Positions 24,239 to 36,115 of a stretch of DNA of 64,000 bases are shown piece after piece. Positions within the stretch are counted from its first letter, which is position 1. Every line of letters begins with the position of its first letter. A program made the position numbers and the translations under genes. The stretch is from Dipteris shenzhenensis (taxonomy: Eukaryota). Location of the stretch: NCBI GenBank assembly GCA_047967505.1, contig CM106538.1, one strand, 5' to 3'. The notes under the pieces are model-generated. The model was not told where the DNA came from and made no database searches. It saw nothing but the letters and a program-made list of their open reading frames with translations.

Positions 24239-24933
24239 TGTTAGAGACTCACTGTGCCCACCTGTGAGCCCTCGTTTTGAGGGGACAAGGGGCAGTGAGA
24301 GATAGGAGGGATGGGAAAGAGAGACCCAGACAGACATCATAGGCAACCAGCACACGGGCTGGTTGCTGTCTGCAAACAGCAGAAAATTAAGGGGGGGCCC
24401 TGTGCCTCCCTGGAAGCATCAACAGTCTCATGGACTGGCTGCACAGGGCACCCTTTTATAGGGGCCTGTGGCAGGGCCAGTGGGCCCAACCAGGGCCACC
24501 GACCAGGGCCGACCCTGGTTGGATTTCCAGAACATTCTGGTCAGCCACCAGTCAGGGGACCGACCCTGCTGGTCGGCCAGTCCAGAAGGCCTGGGCAGTG
24601 CCTATAAAAGGTCCACACTTGCCTCCAATCCAGCATCTAGTGCAGGACAGAAAGCCTCAGTCATAGGCTGTGCTGTGCACTTAGAGCTGGTCTCTTGTGA
24701 CAGAGAGAGTTCCTTCAGTTCTCCTCAGCACTTGGCTGAGTTTTGTATTGCTCCCCTGGAGCCAGTTTTCTGCCCACCATCCAGTGGATGAATATATTCT
24801 CTCTCTCTGTCTAAGTTATCTCTGAGTGCGTGTTTATTGCATCTGTGATCAGTTATCTGAGTTGAGTGTCAAGAAGAGCAGGAGAGATCTTGGCTGGAGG
24901 TTTGAGTGATTCATTCCCTTCTATTTTTCAACA
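24239..24933 (+). mobile_element. Solo LTR (695 bp) inserted in the leader of element B
   Basis: TGTTAG...TTCAACA ends, TSD CTGTC (24234-24238 and 24934-24938), TATA-like CCTATAAAAG at 24601. Confidence 0.88.
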
Positions 24934-25422
24934 CTGTCTCGCTGCACTCTTCCTCTTCTCCTGCTGGCCCTTTCGTGGATTGTCGCTGCTCTGATACCAA
25001 ATGTGAAGAACCAAACTTCTCGTGAATGCAAATGGGTGCAATGCATGCAAAATTTGAATGCCAATCGGTCCTCCAATGGGGAAGAGCGCCCTTGTGAGAG
25101 TACTTGTTTCTATTTCGACCTACATGCAAAATGTATGAGAGATGGCGGATGAATGCAAGGTGAATAGAGAATGCTACGTGAGATTCACAACGAAGGGTGA
25201 TACCCTTTCATTAATGTCCCTTGAGATCACTCAAGTTCCATCTTCCCATTTACACCTACCCTTAACCTATGACCCATGCATCTACCATTCAATGCATCTT
25301 AATGCACCCTTCCCTTCCTATTGCCCCTAGGACTTAGACAGGTGCATGTACATTTTTATTAATAGAATAAGTGTCTCATGTCCAAATTCAATGCCGTCGG
25401 AAGCAGTGGCTCTAGCTCGATT

Positions 25423-25830
25423 GTAGGTAGCCGTCGCATAGCTGCCATGTGTCACAGGGAGCGCCGAGTACGAGGGGTCCCACACCCTCGCCTCCTAGCC
25501 ATGCTATGCCTCCCCACTCCCAAAAAGAGCCGGCTGGGATATGGGGAGGGTCTCCTAATTCCTCCTTATATTCTAGGATCTTCAATTCACCGTAGTACTT
25601 ATGGGATTCACCCATTCAAAGCCACGTGTCTTATGCGTGTATCAAGGGCCATTAGCCCCTCATTAATCATGGTAGGAGCTCTATCTGTGGCTGGCATAGT
25701 AGCAGAGATGCTAAAGGCTAGAAATGAGTGGTCAGCTTTGAGTGGGGGAGGGGGTACTGTGAGGTCATGTATTCGTGGCACTTCCAAAACACTTGGCCTG
25801 CGTGCTCTCCTAGAGCTTGAGTTGGCCTCG
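25423..25830 (-). mobile_element. Probable upstream continuation of the LINE (end of AP endonuclease domain)
   Basis: IHDLTVPPPPLKADHSFLAF resembles the terminal SDH motif. Same strand as, and upstream of, the RT fragment at 12961-14530. Confidence 0.5.
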
Positions 25831-25849
25831 TAAACATGCCGCCCAATCA

Positions 25850-26780
25850 CACCTTCTGGCTGATCCTCCTGGACAGCCCTTCATAAGGCCCCTTGATCCC
25901 GTCTTCATTGCTATTCTTGAGGACAGTCAATCGTGAAGACATTGTGGACTCTTTTGTATAACATACTCAGCCTCTTCCCTTGCTGCTCACAAATGGGTGA
26001 ACAATGAGCCTTGGAGGGTTCCCTTTTATAGGCCCAAAGAGAACCAAAATAGCCGCCTGGTCAGGCCCGACTTGGGTCTGTTGATTAGCCAGCCACTAGC
26101 CTAGGCTGCTTTGCCCTGTGAAGATCCCCACAGCCACTTGGACCTGTCCGTACAACATGCACAACTGTCAGTATTGTTGCTGCAGGGTCTCGGGATCTAG
26201 ACGACTTGCTCCAGGATTTCAATTCTGCTCCAAAGTGCCGTACATGCCACGGGCTGTTCCGTACAATTCTTGTACACCAAGGAGGCTCCAACCTGTCGGG
26301 TAATCGTCTTGTTGCACTGCCCACATGGCAGCCTATGTGCTGCCCCTGTGGCAGCCCCATTTCCTGTTTTGCTCTTTGATTGCTTGCTGCCCACATGGCA
26401 GTCCATTTTGGCCCCTAACCTACCCTGGTCCACCTTCCCCATGCCCTCCTCATGTGGAGGCTCACAACTGAGGAGGTGACCATCTATACTCCCAACACCC
26501 CTCTCACTGACGCATCGTGAGTTGATTCCAACTCTCCGCTGCAGATACTCCATTAGCTCCCATGAAGAAGCCTTATGGAACAATACAAGGTCATTGTCGT
26601 CACTTGGTCTTTCAACCAGTGGTTCCTGCTCGTCCACGTCCAGTCCTGCATAAAAGAACCATCCTGGTACACAAACCCATCTTTGGTAGCACCACATGGC
26701 ACCACTACCTTTTGTCACGTACCCACCAGTGATCCTGAGCAATCTTGATGCAAACATCCTCGAGCTGCCCCCCACTGTAG
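25850..26780 (-). mobile_element. Truncated relative of element C (internal vestige, PPT and partial 3' LTR)
   Basis: CYQRW.CV.GW, EQEPL and ERG are shared with element C. PPT AGTGAGAGGG, then LTR start TGTTGGGAG at 26497 on minus. Confidence 0.8.
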
Positions 26781-27185
26781 TGGTGTTGACTTTCTAACTC
26801 TTGATTGCGGTCCATATAGTGACCTGGCACACCAATCAATTGTGTATTAAGTATGTTATCTTAAAGGCACTTTAGACACCCGTGTTTGAAGTGTGTCTAA
26901 TGTGTCGTGTATTAAATGTCTTACGACCTTGAGTTACATTCCCAAATTACAAATGCATAACAAGGCTAGGAGGGAAATGACAGATGGTCTCAATCTTGTT
27001 CCGGTTGCCACATAGAACTTTGTTAAGGTTGATTTGCAGACTGATTTTCCTTGACATTTCTTACCTTCAGGCTTGTATAAAATACGATTTCCCAGTTGAT
27101 TTTCTCATGTAAATGTGCAAGTTCTGATTGCAAGTTTTTATTGTGAGTGTAAAAGATGCTACTTATGGGTTGTTGCCTTTCGTAG

Positions 27186-27398
27186 GTGGTTATTTGGATA
27201 ATTGTGCCAGCTTCAAAAGGAATACGTGTGTATCAGACCAAAAATGCCCTGCGATTCGTAGTTTTTCTTCAATACCTTCCAAGGTTATTTTTGATCTTTC
27301 CGTTAACATCACAGATTGTGAAGACAGCTGGTGTAGTTACAGAAACAGCATGGGCTGGAGCTGCATACAATTTGGTTTTGTACATGCTTGCCAGCCAT
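27186..27398 (+). CDS. CNGC: CNGC exon 3 (S3-S5)
   Basis: Acceptor CCTTTCGTAG, donor CAT|GTGAGT, 213 nt in phase 0. Encodes KNALRFVVFLQYLPRL and TAGVVTETAWAGAAYNLVLYMLASH. Confidence 0.97.
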
Positions 27399-30300
27399 GT
27401 GAGTATGCTTGGACATACACCATCTGTGATTTTTTATCCCTTCACTCGCATGAATTAAAAAATGGAAATTTGATTATTTTGTACATTCGCTGTTCTATTA
27501 GGTCAATACCTGCATTACAATTGTTTTTCGGTACTTTCGGGGTCACTTAGATGTTGTCAAGGCCAAGTTGGTTAGCTAGGGGATGTTACAGCTTGATTGC
27601 TTGATGAAATAATTCTGTTTTATATGCCAATTATTGCTGCCTGCTTGCATATGGTGACAAGACAACCTTTCTTGGATAGAAAAATCCATTAAAGATGTCA
27701 GCAACACTTGTTGCTCGACGTAACCTCAGAGGTGTGGGAGGATTTGTCTCTTCGAGAAGACAAGCTGGTTAGTTTAACCATGTAGTTTGGCCGCGGCATC
27801 CACGTGGTGTACCTCTACTGTTGGAATGGTCACCTCCCCATCTGTAAGCCCCCATATGAGGAGAGCATGGGGGAGGGAGACCTAGGGCAGAAGAGAGAGG
27901 GAGGGGGCTGCCACATGGGCAGCACCTCACTGCCAATAGAGGAGGATCCCTGAAGGAACAGTACGGGATGGCAGCATCTCTAAGTCCGGGTGATGACGCG
28001 TGGCTGTACAAGATTGTGCAGATCGTTGGAGGCACAATGACATCAGCAGGGTGCGCGGACCTGTACGGCTGCAGTACGGCTGCATGTACGGCTGCATGGC
28101 GGGGGTCTGTGGGCAGGTATGAACCCTGCAAGAGGGTCTCCAGCAGCAACAAAAGGGCAGCCTAGCAGCAGCCTAAAAGGGCCTGGCTAGGGCCCTTATA
28201 TAGGGTCTGAAGAAAAGCCCCAACCAGGTCGGTTTTACAGACTTGGGGGGGGGGGGGGGCAGACTGGTCGGCCCAAACAGACCAGCCAGTTGGCCCATTT
28301 AGGGCTGGCTGGTCGGTTGGTTCAAGGGGGCCTAGAGGCCCTGGGCCTCATTTCATATCCAACTATCCAGCAAGATCAGGAGCAGACAGGAGCAGCCAGA
28401 AGCCACTCCCTTGGGCCTCACATTGGGGGTGAAGGAGAGTGGAAGGTGTGCTGCAGACTGAGTTCCCTAGAGGCTGGACCTTGGCTGTCTTCTAGGGCAG
28501 CAAGGTGTTGTGATCATCACTTGGAGCAGCCCTCAGGACAGCAGACAGGAGCAGCAAAGGGGGAGCCTTAGGCCTACATTCAGGAGGACAAGTGTTGGGG
28601 TAAAGGCACATTGCCACCCCTTTATTAAAGATAGGACATCTATGACTGTCTTAAGACAGTCATAGGGTAAAACCTAATCCTAATAAAACTAATGAGTTTG
28701 TGGTGTGGCTCATCACTTCACACCCGTACATTTGAGTCTCTCACTCTCTCTCACTCTCTTCCCCTTTGCTCTTATCTCTGTTTCCTTCCCTCTCAACTGG
28801 TATCAGAGCCTTACTTCCTCTCTACCCCGGCCTGCCTCTTCCTCTACCCCCTCGGGACTCGTGCCTTCAGGCAGCGTGGCGGAGCTTGGCATTGCGCAGG
28901 CAGCACGGGCTGCAGCGGGGCAGTGAGGGCGCATCGCGGGCCAGCGGGACAGCAGAGGCGGCGCGCAGGTGTACGGACGTACGTCGTCCGTACATCCGTA
29001 CGGACAGGAGTCGCCCGTACAGCCCCGCGGGCTGCAGCAGATCTGCGAGCAGCAAGGCGGCGCGCACGTGTGGACACCGGCAGCGTGAGCTCAGAGGCAG
29101 TGCGGGCTGCAGCGGCAGCGCATCGTGCAGGCGCACGCGTGGGTGCAGGCCTTTTCGCGCGCCGTACAAAACAGTACGGACGTATGGTCGTCCGTACTGC
29201 CGTACCTACAAGGAGCTGCATCAGGGAAGAACTTTCGAAAATTTTTTTTTCTTTTCTCTCTTCTGGGATTCCGTACCCTGCACACGTACGCAGGTACAGG
29301 AAGTACAGCAGGACTGCGCAGGTACAGGAAGTATAGCAGGCACAGAATTTTTTTTGGAAGAAAAAGAAGGAGAAAGAGCTCTCTGCTCTTCATTCAGGAT
29401 CATCTTTCAGTTCTCAAAACTGTGTTTTCTTGAAAGTACAGCAAGTACCTTCATTTACCTCGTGCTTGAGGTGAAGAGAACCACAGTGTGTGGTTGATTG
29501 CACAGTTATCTGTTTTCGTGAAGGAAATGCCTTGATTTTGCAGAGGACTTTTATGCTTTTACTGGGCTTGAATCTCAGTTTTCGGGTGAGCAAATCATAG
29601 GGCTTTTGCCTGGCAGTTGATGCTTTGTATGCCTTGAGGTAGTGTAGTGCCAGAGAGCACACATTTGCCTCGATTTCCGCAGTGTGGAGGTGACATTTTC
29701 ATGCAGGTCACATTTCTTGTGCAACACTCAGAGAACTTCAATTGAGCCACGCTTGGCCAGGGCGCATCGAGTTTACTCGGTCCCTAACTGTCCATCGTTG
29801 ACAGTGCTCAAAAGGTTCCTCATTGAGTGTTTGTACGTTGGGATCTGTGTATGTCATTTCTACACAGGGCAGTATATGCATTACACTGTTGGTTGATTTT
29901 GTCAGAGAGATTTTCACATTGCATGCTACCTCAGTGTTGAGGTGTTCTTCACTTGGTTCAGGTGTCAGATCAAGGGGCTTTTGCCCAGATTTTGTTTGAG
30001 AGCACTTGGGTTACCGACAGAGATCTTCAGATGCATTTTATCCCCTTGGCAGAAGGGTGATTGCTTGGGATTTATCCCATTTTCTGTTGCAGGTTTTGTG
30101 ACAGGCTGAAGTGTCAGATTTTTTTTGGTGTATGCCAAGTGGTTTATGCATATTAAATCAGTGCAATACCTCATCTGAGGTGGGAGAAGTGATCAGGACA
30201 GCAGTGTTTGTGCTTTGTCAGCTGATTATGCACTGTTAAAGCACTTGTGGAGCAGCTGCAGCATTCTGAAATTACTGTTTTTATGCCTATTTGAGCACGG

Positions 30301-30485
30301 TACAGTGTGTCAGAAGGTACAGTAACTGGGGGGAATTTTCTGTTTTGCTGCAGATTTTCTGATAGTAAAAAACAGCACTATTGTGAGTGCTCCTGGCTCT
30401 TGATAGAGCAGGTTTTTTCTGAGAAATCAGAATTTTATTCAGTCTTTCTTGACTTACAGGGAGTCAGGTACTTTCCTTATCTGAT

Positions 30486-31560
30486 ATGGCATCAGGGGGA
30501 AGTGAATCATCAATTCTGAACATAAAGAAATTGGAAGGGGCACACAATTATGCATTATGGGCAGAACAATGTTTGAATGTACTTCTGTTAAAGAAGATTT
30601 CTAAGCCCATAAGGGTGAAGGGTGTCAAGCCATCTGACATGACAAATGATGACTGGGAAGAGCTTGATTTGTCCACAAGAGCAGCTATCATGCTCACTAT
30701 TTCTGATACTCTTGTGTTCAATGTGTTCAGGCTGAAAAGACCTCTTATGGCCTATGGCAGAGGCTAGAAGAGTTGTATGCCCAAAAGAGCTCAGCCAGTA
30801 AGGTTTATTGGTTGAAGAAGCTGGATCTTCGCATGAAGGAAGGTACAGCTATGACCTCACACTTGAGTGAGTTCAATGCCATCTTTACACAGCTTATTGC
30901 ACAGGGATTGAACCTTGATGAGGAGTTCAAGGCTACTTTCTTGTTGTGTACCCTCCCTGAGAGTTGGGACACTTTCAAGACCACCCTGTCAAATTCGAAT
31001 GTCACTCTTATGTATGCTGATGTAGAGAGCTCTCTCCTTATGGAGGAGATGAGCAGGAAGAATAATGCGAGCAGCAAGTCTTCAAATGCCTTGTAGGTAC
31101 AGGATAGAGGCAGGACTCAGCAGAAGGGCAGATCTGCTGGTAAGTCCAAATCCCGCAGTCAGTCCCGTGGTAAAAAGGATATTGAATGCTTTTATTGTGG
31201 CAAGAAGGGACATGTGAAGTCTAAGTGCTTCAAGTTCATACGGGATCAGAAAGCCAAGAAGGCTGAAACAAAGGATGCAGGCAATGGAAGCAAAGGCAAA
31301 GGCAAGGCCAAGGCAGATGACTTGGATGCAGTGAATGTTGCAGCAGAGGACAGTGACAGTGACATACATGATGTTTTATGCTCTTCTGCTGTAATAGCAC
31401 ATGCTTTGGTTATTGATGGCCATGACATGCACACCTGGCTCTTGGACTCAGGTGCTTCTTTTCATGTTACTCCTCATAGGGAGTGGTTTACTTCCTACAC
31501 AGGTACTTATGGAGTTGTTCATCTTGGGAACAACTATGCATGTCAGATTGCAGGGATTGG
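30486..31560 (+). pseudogene. Element F gag and protease (frameshift near 30730, TAG at 31094-31096)
   Basis: KLEGAHNYALW, HLSEFN..LLCTLPESW, knuckle CFYCGKKGHVKSKC and WLLDSGASFH. Confidence 0.9.
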
Positions 31561-34500
31561 CAAGATGGACGCATATTTATGCTTGATGGTGTCCGCCATG
31601 TGCCGCAAATCAAGAAAAATCTGACTAGCACTGGCTTATTGGATGACAGTGGTTACCACACCACATTTGGGGATTCCAAATGGGTGATTACTGATGGCCA
31701 GGCTGTAGTGGCTGAGGGTTTTAAGAGTGATACCTTGTATCCTCTTTATGTTTCCAGTGTGGGTAATCATGTTGTTGCCATAACCGAGCTGCCAAAGGTT
31801 TCATTGTGGCATAGCCGGTTGGGACACATGTCTGTTAAAGGAATGCAAGAACTGTCACGTTTGGGTTATCTGCCGTCTCTTTCTTTTTCAGATTTGCCTA
31901 CTTGTGATCATTGCATATTTGGCAAGCATTCTGTGACTCCTCATAAGAGGAGAACTCCCCAGAATAGAGCACCGCTTGATCTAGTGCACACTGATTTGTG
32001 TGAGATGCCACAGTTATCACTAGGGGGTGCAAAATATTTTATTACTTTCATTGATGATGCCACACGCAAAGTGTGGGTCTATTTCTTGAAGCATAAGGGC
32101 GATGCCTTAGATGCTTTCAAGAAGTTTGTCGCTCAGGTTGAGAATCGGACAGGTCGTAGGCTGAAATGCCTCAGATCCGATAATGGGGGTGAGTATGTGT
32201 CACATGCTTTTGTGCAGTTTTGCGAAGCTAAGGGCATCAAACAGGAACTCACAGCCCCTCATAATGCATCTCAAAATGGTGCAAGTGAGCGGATGAATCG
32301 AACTATTCAGGAGAAGGTTCGATGTATGTTGTCTTATGCTGCATTACCCCATGGCTTTTGGGCAGAAGCCGTGCAAACAGCAGTTCACATTATTAACAGG
32401 TCGCCAAACAAGGCTTTGGAGTTGAAAGTGCCAGAGGAGGTGTGGTCTGGCAAGCCACCTTCATATAAGCACTTACGTGTATTTGGCTGCGAGTGCTTTG
32501 CTCATGTACGCAAAGAACTGCGCACCAGACTGGATCCAAAGTCTATCAGATGCATCTTTATGGGTTATGGTGACGAAGGTGAAATGGGGTACAGGTTATG
32601 GGATCCCGCTAAACGGAAGATTATACGCAGCAATGATGTCATCTTTAAAGAGGATAGTGTACACAAGGAACCCGTGCAACCTGTGGAATACAGGAGGGTT
32701 ATTTATGATGATGTTGGACAGCAAAGAATGCCCATTTATATGCAGCAGCAGGCTGCTGCAGATAACCCTGTTCAAGAGGGTATACAGGCTGAAAATCAGC
32801 CAGATAATTTTGCCAATGATGCACCACTGGATATGCCAGCAGATGGGGCTGTAGAACAGCCAGATATGGTGGGACAGCCACCCGTCATGCATGACGAACA
32901 GGCTGGACAGCAGCCTAATCCGGAACATTTTGTTAGGAGGAGCACCCGTGTACAACGGCCTCCTGCCAGGTTTGTTCCAGGAGCCAATAATGTGGCTGAT
33001 TTTATCATGCTGACAGATTGTGGTGAGCCTTCCAGCTTCAAGGAAGCTATGGGAAGAACAGAGAAAAAGAAGTGGGAGAAAGCCATGCAGTCAGAAATGG
33101 ACTCCCTACTTGAAAATGATACATGGGACTTGGTGCAGCTACCTGCAGGCAGAAAGGTTTTGCCATGCAAGTGGGTTTACAAAGTCAAAGTGGATTCAAA
33201 TGCTTTACCGAGGTATAAGGCCAGATTGGTTGCCAAGGGATTTAAGCAGGAGAAGGGCATTGACTTTGATGAGATCTTTTCCCCTGTAGTCAAGATGACT
33301 ACTTTGAGAGCAGTGTTAGCTCTTGTTGCTCATGACGACATGGATTTATGTCAGATGGATGTGAAGACAGCTTTTCTTCACGGAGATCTCCATGATGAGT
33401 TCTATATGAGTCAGCCAGAGGGATATGCTGTTAAAGGGAAAGAGCAGCTTGTGTGTAAGCTCAAGAGGAGCTTGTATGGACTCAAGCAGGCGCCAAGAGA
33501 ATGGTACAAGAAGTTTGATGCCTTCATGCAGTCCCAAGGGTATCATAGGTGTGAGACCGATCATTGCTTGTACACCAAACGGGCAAAGGATGGCAGTTTG
33601 ATGCTACTCATTCTATATGTGGATGACATGCTTATTGCCAGTAAATCTCAGCATGAGATTAGTGCTTTGAAGAAACAACTGCATAAGTCTTTTGACATGA
33701 AAGACTTGGGTGATGCAAATCATATTCTTGGCATGCGGATTACTCGTGACAGGTCCAAGGGACCTTTGTTTCTGTCACAAAAGGAGTACATTGACAAAGT
33801 ACTGCAGAGGTTTAAAATGGAGGGGGGGAAGTCTATTAGTACCCCGTTGCCCCCACATTTAAAACTCGGCAGTAAGGACAGCCCCAGATCAGATGATGAT
33901 AAGGCTGAAATGGCCAAGATTCCGTATGCATCTGCAGTTGGTTCTTTGATGTATGCCATGGTTGCCACTCGTCCGGATATTGCTTTTGCGGTGGGAGTCA
34001 TCAGCAGGTATATGGCAAATCCAGGCAAGAGACACTGGGAAGTAGTGAAAGGTGTCTTGAGGTATCTCAAGGGTACCAAAGACTTGTGCATATGCTATGG
34101 TAGGCAAGATGCATTGGTGCATGGTTTTACAGATTCAGACTATGCAGGGAATGCAGATAACCGGAAGTCTACTACCGGTTATATTTTCACATTTGCAGGA
34201 GGTGCTATATCATGGGTGTCTCGGTTGCAGAAATGCATTGCACTGTCAACCACTGAAGCTGAATATGTTGCAGCCACTGAGGCTTGCAAGGAAGCAATAT
34301 GGCTTACTCGGCTGGTGGGAGATTTGGGCATTACAGGAGATATGCCAGTTTTGCATTGTGATAGTCAGAGTGCTATCATGTTGGCAAAGAATCCGGTTTT
34401 TCATCAAAAGACCAAGCACATTGATGTGAAATATCATTTCATCAGGGAGGTACTGGAAGACAAGCGACTCGAGCTTGTGAAAGTGCACACTGATGATAAT

Positions 34501-34575
34501 CCTGCAGATTTGCTCACTAAGAGCTTGCCTACAGAGCGGTTTGCACATTGCCGCCACATCATGGGATTAGGATAA
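31483..34575 (+). CDS. Element F pol: integrase, RT and RNase H in one open frame
   Basis: 1030-aa ORF with WHSRLGH..CDHC, VHTD, LRSDNGGEY, QNGASER, QMDVKTAFLHG, LYGLKQAPREW, LYVDDML, FTDSDYAG and KHIDVKYH. The first ~25 codons are out-of-frame protease sequence. Confidence 0.95.
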   Translation: MVYFLHRYLWSCSSWEQLCMSDCRDWQDGRIFMLDGVRHVPQIKKNLTSTGLLDDSGYHTTFGDSKWVITDGQAVVAEGFKSDTLYPLYVSSVGNHVVAITELPKVSLWHSRLGHMSVKGMQELSRLGYLPSLSFSDLPTCDHCIFGKHSVTPHKRRTPQNRAPLDLVHTDLCEMPQLSLGGAKYFITFIDDATRKVWVYFLKHKGDALDAFKKFVAQVENRTGRRLKCLRSDNGGEYVSHAFVQFCEAKGIKQELTAPHNASQNGASERMNRTIQEKVRCMLSYAALPHGFWAEAVQTAVHIINRSPNKALELKVPEEVWSGKPPSYKHLRVFGCECFAHVRKELRTRLDPKSIRCIFMGYGDEGEMGYRLWDPAKRKIIRSNDVIFKEDSVHKEPVQPVEYRRVIYDDVGQQRMPIYMQQQAAADNPVQEGIQAENQPDNFANDAPLDMPADGAVEQPDMVGQPPVMHDEQAGQQPNPEHFVRRSTRVQRPPARFVPGANNVADFIMLTDCGEPSSFKEAMGRTEKKKWEKAMQSEMDSLLENDTWDLVQLPAGRKVLPCKWVYKVKVDSNALPRYKARLVAKGFKQEKGIDFDEIFSPVVKMTTLRAVLALVAHDDMDLCQMDVKTAFLHGDLHDEFYMSQPEGYAVKGKEQLVCKLKRSLYGLKQAPREWYKKFDAFMQSQGYHRCETDHCLYTKRAKDGSLMLLILYVDDMLIASKSQHEISALKKQLHKSFDMKDLGDANHILGMRITRDRSKGPLFLSQKEYIDKVLQRFKMEGGKSISTPLPPHLKLGSKDSPRSDDDKAEMAKIPYASAVGSLMYAMVATRPDIAFAVGVISRYMANPGKRHWEVVKGVLRYLKGTKDLCICYGRQDALVHGFTDSDYAGNADNRKSTTGYIFTFAGGAISWVSRLQKCIALSTTEAEYVAATEACKEAIWLTRLVGDLGITGDMPVLHCDSQSAIMLAKNPVFHQKTKHIDVKYHFIREVLEDKRLELVKVHTDDNPADLLTKSLPTERFAHCRHIMGLG

Positions 34576-36115
34576 GACCATTCTTATTTTATGGTCTTGT
34601 ATACAGTAACTGTATATTGCTGTAATTTTTATTCTTTTCTTCCCTTTAGGCACATTGGCCTTTAGGTGGGAGGTTGTTGGGGTAAAGGCACATTGCCACC
34701 CCTTTATTAAAGATAGGACATCTATGACTCAATCATAGGGTAAAACCTAATCCTAATAAAACTAATGAGTTTGTGGTGTGGCTCATCACTTCACACCCGC
34801 ACATTTGAGTCTCTCACTCTCTCTCACTCTCTTCCCCTTTGCTCTTATCTCTGTTTCCTTCCCTCTCAGACAAGGTGACCTAGGAGAAGCTGCAGATTGA
34901 GCTAGAGTGGCAGCCCACCTAGGCTGGCTTCCGTACAGCAAGGTGGAAGGGATCTAGACAGAGAGTCTACATATGCTCGAGGTGGAGCACGCGGGCTCAG
35001 AGATCTAGAAGTGCTTGACATCTAGTAGGAGAACCTTTTGGTATTGTATCCTGTCCTACTTTGTGGAGGGACGGAAATATAAAGTGTTGCCTCTATATTT
35101 GTCTCTGAGAATTGTGTATTTACTGGCTTCCACATCTATGCACATAAGTTTAAGAAGTTTGTGATTCCTCACCCCACACCACACTGTGTGAGCTCGTGGG
35201 CATTTACTATCAGTCTTCCTCTGTGCATACCCTATGTTGGGTAATTTCTAACATCTACTTCGTTCTTGGCCCTGTTTGGACTCTTCTTTTCCTGTGTACC
35301 CACATCCTAACCTATCTTCTCTATCAAAGGCATAGATCCTTACCGGGAACGAGAGTTCTCACCTTTGCATAGAAGCCTAAGCTTTCCTTTGGCAACATAG
35401 ACATGACGGCCTTTTGTAGAGACTGGACCAATTCTACATTGGGAATTGGGCTATGCAGAGAGGGGGGCCCATATGCAACTTGGCACATTGGGACAATGTC
35501 AAACCAGTCCCCCATAGTCCTATGTTTGAAGCAAGCACCCCAGAGCCTAACACAATGTGGCTTGAGGATTCCTAACGTCAACAAAAGGAGGAGGTTTGGC
35601 ATGTCACCGCACAAATTTTGCATTTAGAGGAAATCCCCCCCTCCCCCCGCTGTGGTTCGTCCCCCCCCCCCTCTCTCTCTGCTAGTTAAATGATTGAAGA
35701 CTATCTTGAGGAAAACACAACAATTCAAGAACACGCACCTAGTTGGCGTGGCATCCTCTTTGGGAGAGAAGAGCCATCATTGCAATATGATCTCACCTAA
35801 GAGCAACAATATGGATCCCCTTTGCTGGTAAACCACTACAAGTGCACCAAGGTGTTAAGTTGTGACAGTCAAAACTAGGCAGGTAAAGTATTCTTACCGT
35901 TTGTCTGGATCTAGGGCAGTATCTCAAGGAGATAGGATGACTCATCACTTTTACTAGACCACTGGTCATAGGTCAGCAAAGATGCAACTCAAATGCCTTT
36001 GCAATAAAAGGAGAATCATATACATTCGGATCCCCAAGAGATCATGCAGGTGATCACCTCCTTCTATAGCCTATTGTTCCAAGCAAAAGAATCCACTCCC
36101 AAGGTAATAGTTGCA

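Larger units (their letters stand above)
14586..25422 (-). mobile_element. Element B: gag-only LTR element hosting three nested insertions
   Basis: Direct repeats 14586 to about 15004 and 25002 to about 25422 (about 94% identical). PBS at 24988-24999 on minus. Gag ORF 15962-16408 and knuckle CFGCKKHKPGHPWHKC near 15890-15940. No pol detected. The distal LTR end is unresolved. Confidence 0.85.
28593..34868 (+). mobile_element. Element F: full-length Ty1/Copia LTR retrotransposon
   Basis: LTRs 28593-28795 and 34675-34868, PBS 28798-28809, PPT AGGTGGGAGG at about 34664-34673, flanked by GACAAG on both sides. Confidence 0.97.
27819..35253 (+). mobile_element. Element E: solo LTR of the C family, split by Copia F (parts 27819-28592 and 34875-35253)
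   Basis: TGTTGG...CTAACA ends, TSD TCTAC (27814-27818 and 35254-35258). Start, middle and end match the 3' LTR of element C. Confidence 0.92.

Noticed and set aside
28692-29497. Overlapping Arg/Ala-rich ORFs
   Set aside because: GC-rich Copia leader that is open in several frames by composition.
31094-31096. Programmed stop read-through in Copia gag
   Set aside because: It lies before the zinc knuckle, alongside other lesions; a point mutation is the simpler explanation.
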